From contig CAZZVO010000001.1 in assembly GCA_964657505.1 (NCBI GenBank), positions 1 to 58,695 of the forward strand: a stretch of 58,695 nucleotides of DNA, in the 5' to 3' direction. Within the stretch, counting starts at the first letter, position 1, and the number at the start of each line of letters is the position of its first letter. The DNA comes from an uncultured Mucilaginibacter sp. (GTDB lineage: Bacteria; Bacteroidota; Bacteroidia; Sphingobacteriales; Sphingobacteriaceae). Under the pieces are notes generated by a model. The model had not been told where the DNA came from. It saw only the letters and a list, made by a program, of their open reading frames with translations, and ran no database searches. A program made the position numbers and the translations under genes. Positions 38,783-48,479 of this stretch are shown one piece after another.

Positions 38783-39070
38783 TTACTTTTTTCGCCAGTT
38801 CAAAGACTTCTGATTGTCTTCGAAAAGCAAATCCGGCTCTAACAGCCACTGCTCCATCCGCTCAACCATTTGTTGTAGCTGTGTGGTATCTAACTGACTT
38901 ATAGCCGTTTTTGAATTATTAAGATGGTTATACCAAACATCCTGAAACAGCCAATCCAACACAATCCTGTTGAAGCAATGATTATACCGAACAGGTTTTG
39001 TAAATGATGCCGGCAGTATTTCGTTTAATAATTGTTTATATCGGCTGATAAGAGAAATATTATCTATCAT
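38783..39070 (-). CDS. Conserved-looking hypothetical protein (PVRYNHCFNRIVLD...WY.HL)
   Basis: 95-aa ORF with protein-like composition and an HCF.R motif. Confidence 0.7.
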   Translation of the reverse strand: MIDNISLISRYKQLLNEILPASFTKPVRYNHCFNRIVLDWLFQDVWYNHLNNSKTAISQLDTTQLQQMVERMEQWLLEPDLLFEDNQKSLNWRKK

Positions 39071-39144
39071 AGGCCTGTTTATAATGCTTTTTTATCATCA
39101 TAAATTTATAGCGATAAAAGAAGCATCGTTTAAAAGATTAAATT

Positions 39145-40488
39145 TCAAACCAACCTTTTTATAAACGGTTTGCTTTTGCCCCAGTCCCAGCAATAAGCAA
39201 GCGTAGTTATCACACCTAAAATTACAATAAGATATGGCGCATAAGCTGTAATCCGAATAATAAATGTGGTGATGGCATTGGCTTGTTGTGTTAACCGTTC
39301 TGCTACCCATGCAATAGCAGCGCATCCGGCAAAAACGGCGCATGCAATCCGGACGAAGCTGTAAACAGGTAAACGGCTTAGCAAAATCAACCAGGGGATA
39401 ACCATGGCGATCACAAAAAGCTGCATTAGTTCAATGCCCATGTTAAAACCAAAAATGCTCAATACCATGCGGCTGGTTTCGAGGTGGAGGTTAGCTAATG
39501 TACTGGCAAAAGCCAGTCCGTGTATCAACCCAAAACCACCGGCAATATACATTTCGCGGTTCGGGAAGATTGGATACAAAGCATGAATGGCTGAAACTAA
39601 AATAGAAATTGCAATCAGTACTTCGATGGCTTGGCCTGGTGCATGAACCCAACCCATCACACCAGCTAATAACGTGATGGAGTGCCCGATGGTAAAGGCG
39701 GTAACAACCCGCAGAATATGGACTAAACTGTATTGGGTACCGCCAAAACTGCCCCATCTTTTATTTTTAAACAATAAAGGTGCCGGTAAAAGAAGTACCA
39801 GCAGAAACAGCAAATGGTCTGTGCCTTCGTAGATATGCTGCACGCCTAAGCCAACCATACTTTTAAAGCCAATCCAGATGCTGCCTTCGGACTGGTTAAT
39901 CACTAATGGAGGAATGACGTTGTTAACCGGATCTAACCGGATTACGCCAACTTGTACCGGGTGGCCTGCATATAATCCTGCATCCCAATCCTGCCGGATT
40001 GATACCAGCGTAACATGCGTAACTACTTGATGGACAATAATATCATAATTTAAAGTGAAATTACGGCTACTTTCGCCAGCAGGAGGTTGCAACAACAGAT
40101 GAACCGTCAATTCACGGTATGGCCCGCTTGCACTTTGGACTACAGGCTGTACCTGCATATCGTTGATAATTACCTCCCAGGCTTTTTCATCAGGGCTAAT
40201 TGGATGAATATGTTTCAGCAGATAATCCTTTAGTTGCGGCCCTAACCTTTTCACCAGCGTTGCAGAATTGTTATCGTTTACATTATTGCCAAAGGCCAGT
40301 TCCAGTTCATTTAGCGGCAATTGGATTTCTGCTGAAACGCTAGTAGATTTTATATCAAGTAAAACTACAGAGTTTGGCATTGGGTGCGCCAAAACATCCA
40401 ACGAAAAACATACGATAAAAGAAGTAACAGTTAATAAAACCAGTCGCTTAACCTGGGTTAAACGACTGGAAAAAATACGGTTGATCAT
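39145..40488 (-). CDS. HupE/UreJ family protein with an extended N-terminal domain
   Basis: HIYEGTDHLLFL, TAFTIGHSITL, FGLIHGLAFA, FNMGIELMQ. Confidence 0.85.
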   Translation of the reverse strand: MINRIFSSRLTQVKRLVLLTVTSFIVCFSLDVLAHPMPNSVVLLDIKSTSVSAEIQLPLNELELAFGNNVNDNNSATLVKRLGPQLKDYLLKHIHPISPDEKAWEVIINDMQVQPVVQSASGPYRELTVHLLLQPPAGESSRNFTLNYDIIVHQVVTHVTLVSIRQDWDAGLYAGHPVQVGVIRLDPVNNVIPPLVINQSEGSIWIGFKSMVGLGVQHIYEGTDHLLFLLVLLLPAPLLFKNKRWGSFGGTQYSLVHILRVVTAFTIGHSITLLAGVMGWVHAPGQAIEVLIAISILVSAIHALYPIFPNREMYIAGGFGLIHGLAFASTLANLHLETSRMVLSIFGFNMGIELMQLFVIAMVIPWLILLSRLPVYSFVRIACAVFAGCAAIAWVAERLTQQANAITTFIIRITAYAPYLIVILGVITTLAYCWDWGKSKPFIKRLV

Positions 40489-40500
40489 TTTGTTGTTTTT

Positions 40501-41919
40501 TTAAAAAGTGAAGTTACCACCGTAATCGCGGGTATGATCCCGCCAGATACTGTGATAATGGATTTGTGTAGGGTAAACTACACCTGTTTGGCAAACAAAC
40601 TCAATCCAAACGCTTGGCCCGTCAATCCTTACATAATCAGTATTTGTAGTGAAGAAGGTACCTGCATTGCCTGCTGTTCCGGCAGTATTGCTGCCGTAAG
40701 AAATATAAGTATTGGCCAGTTCGCTGGTATAAGTAGCCAAAATAGTTGCAGCAGTAGCATCATCGGTGTCCATAATCCAGGGTTTCATTGCTGCAATTAC
40801 TGCTGCTTGCTGTGCCGAAGTTAAAGTGCTGCCGACAATACCTACCTTAGTTGCCGGGAATTTGCCATCACTGCCCGGTCCTAACACAACATCACTAAAA
40901 GTGCTGCTTAATTTTGCTGTTGCTAATTGTGATGTGCTAAAAGAAGCAAGCATAGCAGCCATTACAGATTGTTCCTGGGCAAGCGGTGCATAAGTTGTTG
41001 TTCCGGTTGTCCAGGTTTTAGGCTCAACCCCTCTAAAACTTGGTGTAGAACCGGTAACAGAGCCATTGCTGTAAGTTTGGTTTACTGCAATATGGTGACC
41101 GCCAAATTGTAACTGCCAGGTGCCGTTTGCGCTTGGTGTGCCCACAAAAGCAATAAAGTAATTTCCGGAAGAATAAGTATTGCCGCCCGCCGTAGCCGCA
41201 AGTATGTCATCGGCAGCAATAATTTGGGTAACCTCATCATAACCTTCATTAACAGTGGTTCCGATTGCAGCGGCAACTACGGCTTTTGCTGCTGCTAATT
41301 GCGTTGCTGTTAATGTGTTAAACTGTAAACCTTCACGGCATTGTGCGCCACATGGCAGGTTTGACCATTTAATTGCATTGGCACTAAGATAACTAAATTG
41401 TACGCCAGCTAATTGGGTTGCCGTCAAGGTAGCTTCAAATGCCTGCACGGCGCATAATACTTTTAAAGCAGTATTAGTTTGCGTGCTGCAGCCGGTAACG
41501 GTTGTACCGCCCGAAGCTGCACTAACCGTTAAGGCAAAACTACAGGTTTGGCCGCCAAAAGTAATAGGGAAGGTGGCTGTGCCAGACGTAGCAACCGTAC
41601 CTGCAACAGTATAAACCAAACTGCCTGCCCCAACAGCCAAAGTTCCAGCCTGTAAAGTTGCGGTTAAACCAGTTACTCCGGTAGATGAAATTGCCGTTCC
41701 GGCCGAGTAGGCAACACCCGAACCGCCCGTGTAAGGTACAGTTGCCGTACCGGTAAAGGCAGTGGCAATAACGGGCGTGCCCGAAAACGTAGCAGTTGAG
41801 CAACTAAGTGCGGTAACAGTAGCACTGGTTGAAGTGGTGGTGGCCGTTTTTTTGCAGGCATGCAATACCGTTGTAGCGCAAAAAACAGCCATGAGGTAGC
41901 AGACAAATTTTAGTTTCAT
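40501..41919 (-). CDS. DUF3500-domain lipoprotein with an N-terminal Thr/Gly/Ala-rich beta domain
   Basis: Lipobox LHAC, WSNLP, QFGGHH, YVRIDGPSVWIEF, HYHSIWRD..RDYG. Confidence 0.78.
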   Translation of the reverse strand: MKLKFVCYLMAVFCATTVLHACKKTATTTSTSATVTALSCSTATFSGTPVIATAFTGTATVPYTGGSGVAYSAGTAISSTGVTGLTATLQAGTLAVGAGSLVYTVAGTVATSGTATFPITFGGQTCSFALTVSAASGGTTVTGCSTQTNTALKVLCAVQAFEATLTATQLAGVQFSYLSANAIKWSNLPCGAQCREGLQFNTLTATQLAAAKAVVAAAIGTTVNEGYDEVTQIIAADDILAATAGGNTYSSGNYFIAFVGTPSANGTWQLQFGGHHIAVNQTYSNGSVTGSTPSFRGVEPKTWTTGTTTYAPLAQEQSVMAAMLASFSTSQLATAKLSSTFSDVVLGPGSDGKFPATKVGIVGSTLTSAQQAAVIAAMKPWIMDTDDATAATILATYTSELANTYISYGSNTAGTAGNAGTFFTTNTDYVRIDGPSVWIEFVCQTGVVYPTQIHYHSIWRDHTRDYGGNFTF

Positions 41920-42007
41920 GTAATTTAAATTGGTGGATGGTTATTGATCAAATTCTTTTCAGGCCGACGAGGGAAGCATTTAAAATTCTGTCCCGACTAA
42001 TCATATT

Positions 42008-42073
42008 CAAAAATAATCAGGATGTTATGCTGCGGTTTTTTGTATCGGTAAAAAGGTTATTTCTGCCGATGAA
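42008..42073 (-). promoter_or_regulatory. Putative LytTR-dependent promoter of the DUF3500-HupE operon
   Basis: -7 box TATTTTTG (42008-42015, minus) plus half-sites TATCGGTAAA/TGCCGATGAA 21 bp apart; same layout at 46509-46574. Confidence 0.65.
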
Positions 42074-42222
42074 AAACTAAAAAGCTTAAAATTTTCGTTT
42101 TTGACCGATAGATTTTCGTTTTATATCGACACTGTTAAGCATTCAACCTTCGGATATATTAATTTTATTTTGATTTAGAAACCTGTTTGTCTTATTGCTT
42201 TTTTTGTGCAGCGTTAAAATCG

Positions 42223-44487
42223 ATGAAACTATCCTTACTTATTTTCATACTGTTTTTATCGGGTAATTTTTTGTTTGGCCAGCAAAAAGAGCTGTCTGGT
42301 AAGGTTATGGCAAGTGCTGCACATCTGCCCGTCAGCGGTATTACCGTTGTTTTATCTCCCGGAAACCGTACCGATATTACAGACGAAACCGGGCGTTTCT
42401 ACTTCAAAAACATTCCCACTACGGTTACTGTAATTGTTGTTTCGGGGATCGGTTATCAACAGAAAATTATTCTTTTAGCTGATTTTAAAAACGGACAAAC
42501 GATAAACATCGACCCAAAGCAAACGCAATTGACCGAAGTTGTAATCTCCGCCAATGCTTCTAATCCGTATAAAACCATCAGCGAAACCGATGTTAAAATG
42601 CGCGGTGTTTCCAATTCGCAGGAAGTGCTGCGGATTGTGCCCGGATTATTTATTGGCCAGCATCAGGGCGGCGGAAAAGCGGAGCAGATTTTTTTGCGTG
42701 GCTTTGACAATGACCACGGAACAGATATTAATTTAAGTATTGATGGTATGCCAATCAACTTGGTTTCACATGCACATGGCCAGGGATATGCCGATAGTCA
42801 CTTTATCATCCCGGAAACTATCGAAAGTACAACCTACAAAAAAGGCATTTACGATGCAGAAAAAGGCGATTTAGCGGTTACCGGTTTTGTAAATTTCCAT
42901 ACGGCCGATGCCATCAGCAATAATATGGTTAAGGTTGAAGCCGGCCAGTTTAACACATACCGCATTTTAGGTATGATGAATTTTTTGGGCGAAAAAGCAA
43001 AGGCGAAAAACCAATCCTGGTACGCAGCTTCCGAATATCGTTACATCGACAGCTATTTTGATAACCCGCAGCATTTTAAACGCTTCAATTTTTTCACCAA
43101 ATATCATGGGAAATTGGATGAAAATAACTGGCTCACTTTAACGGCTTCTACTTTATACAGCAAATGGAACGCATCCGGACAAATTCCCGAAAGTGCCGTG
43201 AATGAAGGTAAAGTTGGTTTTTACGGTGCACTCGATCCAAATGAAGGCGGCATAACTTCGCGCAGCAACTTCAACGCACAACTTTTAACAGAACTAAATA
43301 ACCACGACCTGATCAAAAACCAATTATATTATTCGAGGTATAATTTTGATTTGCACACCAACTTTACTTTCTTTTTGGTGGATACAGTAAACGGTGATGA
43401 AATCCGCCAAAAAGAAGCCCGGAATTTATACGGTTACAATGGCAGTTACCAGCACGAAGGTTATTTAGGCAACATAAAAGTAAGCACCGATGCAGGTATA
43501 AATACGCGTTTAGATGCAACCAGCAATTCAGAACTTTCGCACACCGTTAATCAAACTACTTTAATTAATCCTGTAAAACTGGGCGATATTACCGAGTTTA
43601 GTGCTGGTGCTTATCTAAATGAAACCTTCAGCTTTAATCAAAAATTAAGTTTGAATTTTGGGTTGAGGTTTGATCAGTTTTATTATCAATATAACAACAA
43701 ACTTGCCAGCGACAGCACCTTAAACGGAGCTGGATTTTATACCGCTAAAAACAGCATCATCAGCCCAAAACTGAATTTTTATTACCAGGCAACAGATAAA
43801 ACGCAGTTCTATTTATCCATGGGAAAAGGTTTCCATTCCAACGATACGCGGGTTGTTGTGGCCGAAAAAGGTTTGCAAACGCTTCCGGCAGCTTACGGAT
43901 CTGATCTCGGTACTGTTTTTAAGCCACTAAAAAATGTATTGGTAAACGCGGCATTATGGTACAGCTATCTGCAAAAAGAATATGTGTATGCCGGCGATGG
44001 CGGAACGGTCGATTTTAGCGGCCGCACGCAGCGGGTTGGTTTTGATTTTTCGGCGCGTTACCAGCCGTTTACTTCCCTTTATTTGGATGCTGATGTCAAT
44101 TATGCACACGGCCGTTCTTTAGATGATGTGAAAGGGCAAAATTATATTCCACTGGCTCCGGTTTTTAGCAGTACGGGCGGAATAACTTATTTTTTGAAGA
44201 ACGGTTTTAACGGAAGTGTACGTTACCGTTTTTTAGGTAATCGTCCCGCTAATGAAGATTACAGCCTCACCGCAGTTGGTTATTTTGTAAATGATTTAGT
44301 GCTGAATTATACCCGGAAAAAATATGAGTTCGGGCTAACGGTCAACAACTTGTTCAACGTAAAATGGAAAGAAACGCAGTTTGAAACCGTAACGCGTTTA
44401 AAAAACGAAGCAGCCGTAGATGGAATTGCTTTTACCGCAGGAACCAAATTTTTCGCGGTTTTGCATTGCGGCTATTTCTTTAAGTGA
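42223..44487 (+). CDS. TonB-dependent receptor
   Basis: Signal peptide from ATG 42223, plug HQGGGKAEQIFLRGF...SHAHGQGYAD, C-terminal NNLFN..W...YFF. Confidence 0.9.
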   Translation: MKLSLLIFILFLSGNFLFGQQKELSGKVMASAAHLPVSGITVVLSPGNRTDITDETGRFYFKNIPTTVTVIVVSGIGYQQKIILLADFKNGQTINIDPKQTQLTEVVISANASNPYKTISETDVKMRGVSNSQEVLRIVPGLFIGQHQGGGKAEQIFLRGFDNDHGTDINLSIDGMPINLVSHAHGQGYADSHFIIPETIESTTYKKGIYDAEKGDLAVTGFVNFHTADAISNNMVKVEAGQFNTYRILGMMNFLGEKAKAKNQSWYAASEYRYIDSYFDNPQHFKRFNFFTKYHGKLDENNWLTLTASTLYSKWNASGQIPESAVNEGKVGFYGALDPNEGGITSRSNFNAQLLTELNNHDLIKNQLYYSRYNFDLHTNFTFFLVDTVNGDEIRQKEARNLYGYNGSYQHEGYLGNIKVSTDAGINTRLDATSNSELSHTVNQTTLINPVKLGDITEFSAGAYLNETFSFNQKLSLNFGLRFDQFYYQYNNKLASDSTLNGAGFYTAKNSIISPKLNFYYQATDKTQFYLSMGKGFHSNDTRVVVAEKGLQTLPAAYGSDLGTVFKPLKNVLVNAALWYSYLQKEYVYAGDGGTVDFSGRTQRVGFDFSARYQPFTSLYLDADVNYAHGRSLDDVKGQNYIPLAPVFSSTGGITYFLKNGFNGSVRYRFLGNRPANEDYSLTAVGYFVNDLVLNYTRKKYEFGLTVNNLFNVKWKETQFETVTRLKNEAAVDGIAFTAGTKFFAVLHCGYFFK

Positions 44488-44508
44488 GAACAATTGGTTG
44501 TTGTGCAA

Positions 44509-45207
44509 TTACTTTTTTATCCAAGTGCGAAAACTTTCCATGTAAGTATCGCTGACCGGCAACTCTATATTGGTAAGTTGTACTTTGCGGTTTTGGATTG
44601 ACCGAATCTTATCAATTGGAACGATATAGCTTCGGTGGATGCGTTTAAAATCATTAAAAGGCAATTTCTCCAATACTTTTTTTAAAGGCATTAAAGTGAG
44701 GATTGGTTTTGGCGCGCCGGTGTAAATTTTGATATAATCTTCCATACTTTCAATGTATTCAATATCGCTGAGCTTGATTTTGATCATCCGATATTCCGAA
44801 TACACATACAAACTTTGCGTTTCTGTTTCGTTTTTAATGCCTTGTTTATACTTGTAAAAATCAATTGCTTTATCAACAGCTTTTGTAAACCGTTTTATAT
44901 CGATTGGTTTTAGCAGATAATCCAAAGCTTCCAACTCAAAACCTTCAAAAGCAAAATTTTTATAAGCAGTTGTGAAGATAACCATTGGCTTGTTTTGGAG
45001 TGCGCGCACCAGTTCGATGCCGGTAATATCAGGCATATTGATGTCGATAAAAAGCAAATCGATCGTGTTGTTTCTCAGGAATTCTGCACCCGCGATGGCA
45101 TCTTCAAAAGTATTAACCAATTGCAACATCGGGAACTTGCTGATGTAGCCCGCAACCAATTGCAAAGCCAAAGGTTCATCATCAATTGCAATACATTTAA
45201 TATTCAT
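44509..45207 (-). CDS. LytTR family response regulator
   Basis: IDDEPLA, FIDINMPD, DYLLKPI, FKRIHRSYIV. Confidence 0.95.
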   Translation of the reverse strand: MNIKCIAIDDEPLALQLVAGYISKFPMLQLVNTFEDAIAGAEFLRNNTIDLLFIDINMPDITGIELVRALQNKPMVIFTTAYKNFAFEGFELEALDYLLKPIDIKRFTKAVDKAIDFYKYKQGIKNETETQSLYVYSEYRMIKIKLSDIEYIESMEDYIKIYTGAPKPILTLMPLKKVLEKLPFNDFKRIHRSYIVPIDKIRSIQNRKVQLTNIELPVSDTYMESFRTWIKK

Positions 45208-45320
45208 AATTTCTGAAAAGATTTGAAAAGGCTGATGCTTCTTTTATCCAACAAAAAATTGTGTTTATTCTTTAATCCAAGTATAAAATTTGCATGGTAA
45301 AAGAAGCATCAAACAAAAAG

Positions 45321-46496
45321 CTAAGTATGCAAAGTTAGTTTTACAGTGTAAAGTTCTTTTTCATTGCTGATGTTTAATAAATATTTGCCGGGATAAATTT
45401 GTTCGAGCCGTTGTTTGGTATTGCTGATGCCAATTCCTTTCCGGCTTGCACTTTCTGTGTTGCCGAATATTGGGTTCTGGCAAAAAAGTGAGATCGAGTT
45501 TTCTTCAATGGTAATTTTTATCCGGAGCATATAATCTTTTTGTTTGCTGATGCCGTGCTTAAACATGTTTTCAACAAAAGTCATTAAAATCAGCGGTGCG
45601 ATATGCCTGTTTTCCGGCTGGCCGCTCACACTAAAATCGATTTGCGTTTTGCTGCCGGTGCGTAAACGCTGCAGTTCAATATAATCGTTGATGCAATCCA
45701 GTTCATTTTGCAGCGGCACAAAATCTTCACTGATTTCATCGGTAACGTACCGCATAATGTTGGATAATTTCATGATGCTATCGGCCGTATGTTCGCTGTT
45801 GCTTACGGCAAGTGCATAAATATTGTTAAGCGTATTGAACAGGAAATGCGGGTTGATCTGCGCTTTTAAAAACGAAAGTTCGGCAGTTGCTTTTCCGGTT
45901 TCGGCCAGCGTTGCCCGCCTTTCTGTTAAGCCCCATTGCTGTGTAATTTCTACGGCCGTGCTCAGGGCGATGATCATTACAAATATAAAAAGGCTGGTAG
46001 TATCAACCCGGTGGAAACGCCCGTCGTGCGGCGGACCATGATGTTCTGGTGCTTGTCCGTTTCCTTCATCCGGCGGCGGACCGTCAGGATGAAACTCTCC
46101 GCCCGGGTCTGGCGAAAAAGGCGGACGACCTGTTCTGTCACTGTTTGGTGTTCGGTTAGCTTCGTCAGGAGGATGCTGACCTGAATTTATTTCGGAAGGA
46201 ACGGGACTGTTGGATAAAAGTTTATCAAAAGGCTGCAAAAAATAAACGCCGGTTAATAACATCAGCAGGATAATAAAATAACTGAAATACTTTTTTCTTA
46301 AAAAGAAGGCCGGGATCAAATACAAGCTGTTGAGGTAAAAAAGCGCAATGTAGCAAGCACAAAACAGCCAGTAATCCCGGTTTGAAAGCAAAGAAAATAT
46401 ATTGCCCGCCGACCTGGCACCGTTAATAAACACCAACGGAAAACTGAGGAACAATAACCAGCCAGCCAGGTATATGATAAAGGTTGATGCTTTCAT
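45321..46496 (-). CDS. LytS-type sensor histidine kinase
   Basis: LKAQINPHFLFNTLN, TFVENMFKHG, GIGISN. ATG 46496 preferred over 46505 given the promoter position. Confidence 0.93.
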   Translation of the reverse strand: MKASTFIIYLAGWLLFLSFPLVFINGARSAGNIFSLLSNRDYWLFCACYIALFYLNSLYLIPAFFLRKKYFSYFIILLMLLTGVYFLQPFDKLLSNSPVPSEINSGQHPPDEANRTPNSDRTGRPPFSPDPGGEFHPDGPPPDEGNGQAPEHHGPPHDGRFHRVDTTSLFIFVMIIALSTAVEITQQWGLTERRATLAETGKATAELSFLKAQINPHFLFNTLNNIYALAVSNSEHTADSIMKLSNIMRYVTDEISEDFVPLQNELDCINDYIELQRLRTGSKTQIDFSVSGQPENRHIAPLILMTFVENMFKHGISKQKDYMLRIKITIEENSISLFCQNPIFGNTESASRKGIGISNTKQRLEQIYPGKYLLNISNEKELYTVKLTLHT

Positions 46497-46508
46497 TTTT
46501 TGCATTTA

Positions 46509-46574
46509 CTAAAGTAAGCCGTTGTTTAGTTTTAACAGAAAAGTATCGGTAAACGAAGCATTTGTGTAGATGGA
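46509..46574 (-). promoter_or_regulatory. Putative LytTR autoregulatory promoter
   Basis: -7 box TACTTTAG plus TATCGGTAAA/TGTAGATGGA half-sites 21 bp apart, with the same spacing as at 42008-42073. Confidence 0.6.
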
Positions 46575-46673
46575 TTAACTGTGGTGCTGCAATTTCTGTA
46601 ATAAAGTGCTATGGATTCAACTATAGTTTTTGTGTGCATTTTATTTCCATAAATAATTGCCAACTATCGAATC

Positions 46674-46714
46674 TCAACTACGACATGTTATGGCATAATG
46701 CAATTATACTTTTA
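46674..46714 (+). promoter_or_regulatory. Degenerate copy of the putative WYL operator upstream of the AAA ATPase
   Basis: TCAACTACGAC-atgttat-GGCATAATG; TACTTTTA box starts 31 nt after the AACTAC start, as at 48425. Confidence 0.6.
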
Positions 46715-46728
46715 CCAAAAAGATAACT

Positions 46729-47852
46729 ATGCCATCAAAAATAATCAATCTCAAAAACTTTCCTCAACTGGTTTTCGAACCGGAAAAAATATATGGATCA
46801 ATGGACTTGTCGGAAGTATTTGCCGCAAGAAGGGATTCTTATTTAAACGAATTTACTTTGTTTGTTGCCCATTTTAAAGCCATACCTAATTTCGTCCACG
46901 AAATAAATGTTGACTGTAAAAAAGCAAATAATTGGTTTTAAAGCACTATACAAGCGAAATTAAAAATTGCTATTATGATAAAAGGTATTTTAACAACAGT
47001 AAAAAAGCTGAATACGACGATATTTTTTATTTTTTGTTTGATGATTTGATTGTAGATTTTGATACCAATAATTCGATTGTCCGATTCCTTTTTAGAAAAA
47101 CAGAGATTGAAAAAGTCGAAAAAATCATTGCCGGGATCCATAGGTTTGTAAAAGCGAAATCCAAGCCCGAAATTATGCTGATTGTAAACACAGCTTCCGG
47201 TATCAACAAAAAATCTTTACCAGTTACCAAGCCGAAACTTTGTATCGAAAGCAATTACAACGATGATTTTTTGGAAGTCCATCAAACCATCATCAAAAGG
47301 CTTTCCAGAAAAAACGACAAAGGTTTAATCCTTTTACATGGCAAACCCGGAACCGGCAAAACTTTCTACATCCGCTACCTAATTTCATGTGTTAAAAAGA
47401 GTATCATTTTCTTGCCACCAAATATGGCCGCGGCAATCACAAGTCCGGAGTTGATCTCTATTTTAATTAACAACCCAAATTCCATTTTTGTAATTGAAGA
47501 TGCCGAAAACATCATTTTAGACAGGAACCAGGATGCAAACTCTCCCGTTTCGGCTTTGCTTAACATTGCTGATGGTTTGCTTTCCGACTGTTTGAACATC
47601 CAGGTTATTTGTTCTTTCAATACCGACATATCAAAAGTTGATAACGCTTTACTACGAAAAGGAAGGCTGATTGCCAAATATGAATTTAAAGAACTGGACA
47701 CTTCTAAAGCACAATTACTTTCCGATAAGTTAGGTTTCAACGCAACCTTCCATTCGCCAGCATTGCTTACTGCAATTTATAATCAGGAGGAAAAAGATTT
47801 TTATGCCGATAAAAGAAGTACTGCTATCGGATTTCGGGCGAATAACATTTAG
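46729..47852 (+). pseudogene. AAA family ATPase split by a 1-nt frameshift
   Basis: 70-aa ORF stops at TGG TTT TAA (46941) and the -1 frame continues LKHYTSEIK... to Walker A GKPGTGKT, Walker B IEDAE and LRKGRL. One extra T in the run 46936-46939 fuses the two. Confidence 0.7.
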
Positions 47853-47871
47853 GCAACCTAACAAATCAATT

Positions 47872-48417
47872 ATGGAATCAGACGATAATAAAACGGAAGA
47901 CGCTTTAAAAATAGCTTTGAAAAACGAGAAGTTACAAGCTTGGAGAGATTTTGAAATAACTGCCGAACATGTTGCTTTTTTAAATCAGTTGAATGTTTTT
48001 CTTTCCAAAACAGAAGAACAAATTGTAAAGCAGGCAAAACAGGAAATACTGATATTAGAACAAAAGTTACAAGATACAACTAACATAATAACTGATTATG
48101 AGGTTTTTGCAGAAATAGGCTTCTTCACAAAAAATTCGGACGGCGACCCTGTTTTTACGGCCCGTCATCCCTTCGGTCTTCGCAATGTTAGCAATAATGA
48201 TTGGGGTTTGCTTTGCGATAAAGAAGACTGGAGGGAAAGCGGCTGGCTACCAGTTTTGGAAAAACGCTGTTGTTATTTAATGCACGAACTGGTTTATCAT
48301 TCCGGCATTATGCAACAACTATTTTATATTGATAGTATTTGGATTGATATAAAAGTTTGGGACCAGTCCATGTTTTTGTACAAAAACGGCGAATGGCAAA
48401 ATCAGAAAAGTTATTAA
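47872..48417 (+). CDS. Hypothetical protein
   Basis: ORF from ATG 47872 (MESDDNK...), co-oriented within the island. Confidence 0.65.
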   Translation: MESDDNKTEDALKIALKNEKLQAWRDFEITAEHVAFLNQLNVFLSKTEEQIVKQAKQEILILEQKLQDTTNIITDYEVFAEIGFFTKNSDGDPVFTARHPFGLRNVSNNDWGLLCDKEDWRESGWLPVLEKRCCYLMHELVYHSGIMQQLFYIDSIWIDIKVWDQSMFLYKNGEWQNQKSY

Positions 48418-48424
48418 ATCAATC

Positions 48425-48463
48425 AACTACGACTTGTTCTGTCGTAGTTAGGTTTTACATTTG
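48425..48463 (+). promoter_or_regulatory. Palindromic operator and -7 box upstream of the WYL gene
   Basis: Perfect inverted repeat AACTACGAC-N7-GTCGTAGTT, then TACATTTG at 48456-48463. Confidence 0.78.
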
Positions 48464-48479
48464 AGAAAAACCAATACCG

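Noticed and set aside
46930-46945. Programmed -1 frameshift at TTTAAAG in the AAA ATPase
   Set aside because: The heptamer is out of phase with the upstream frame (TGG TTT TAA), and a -1 slip would put tRNA-Phe on GTT.
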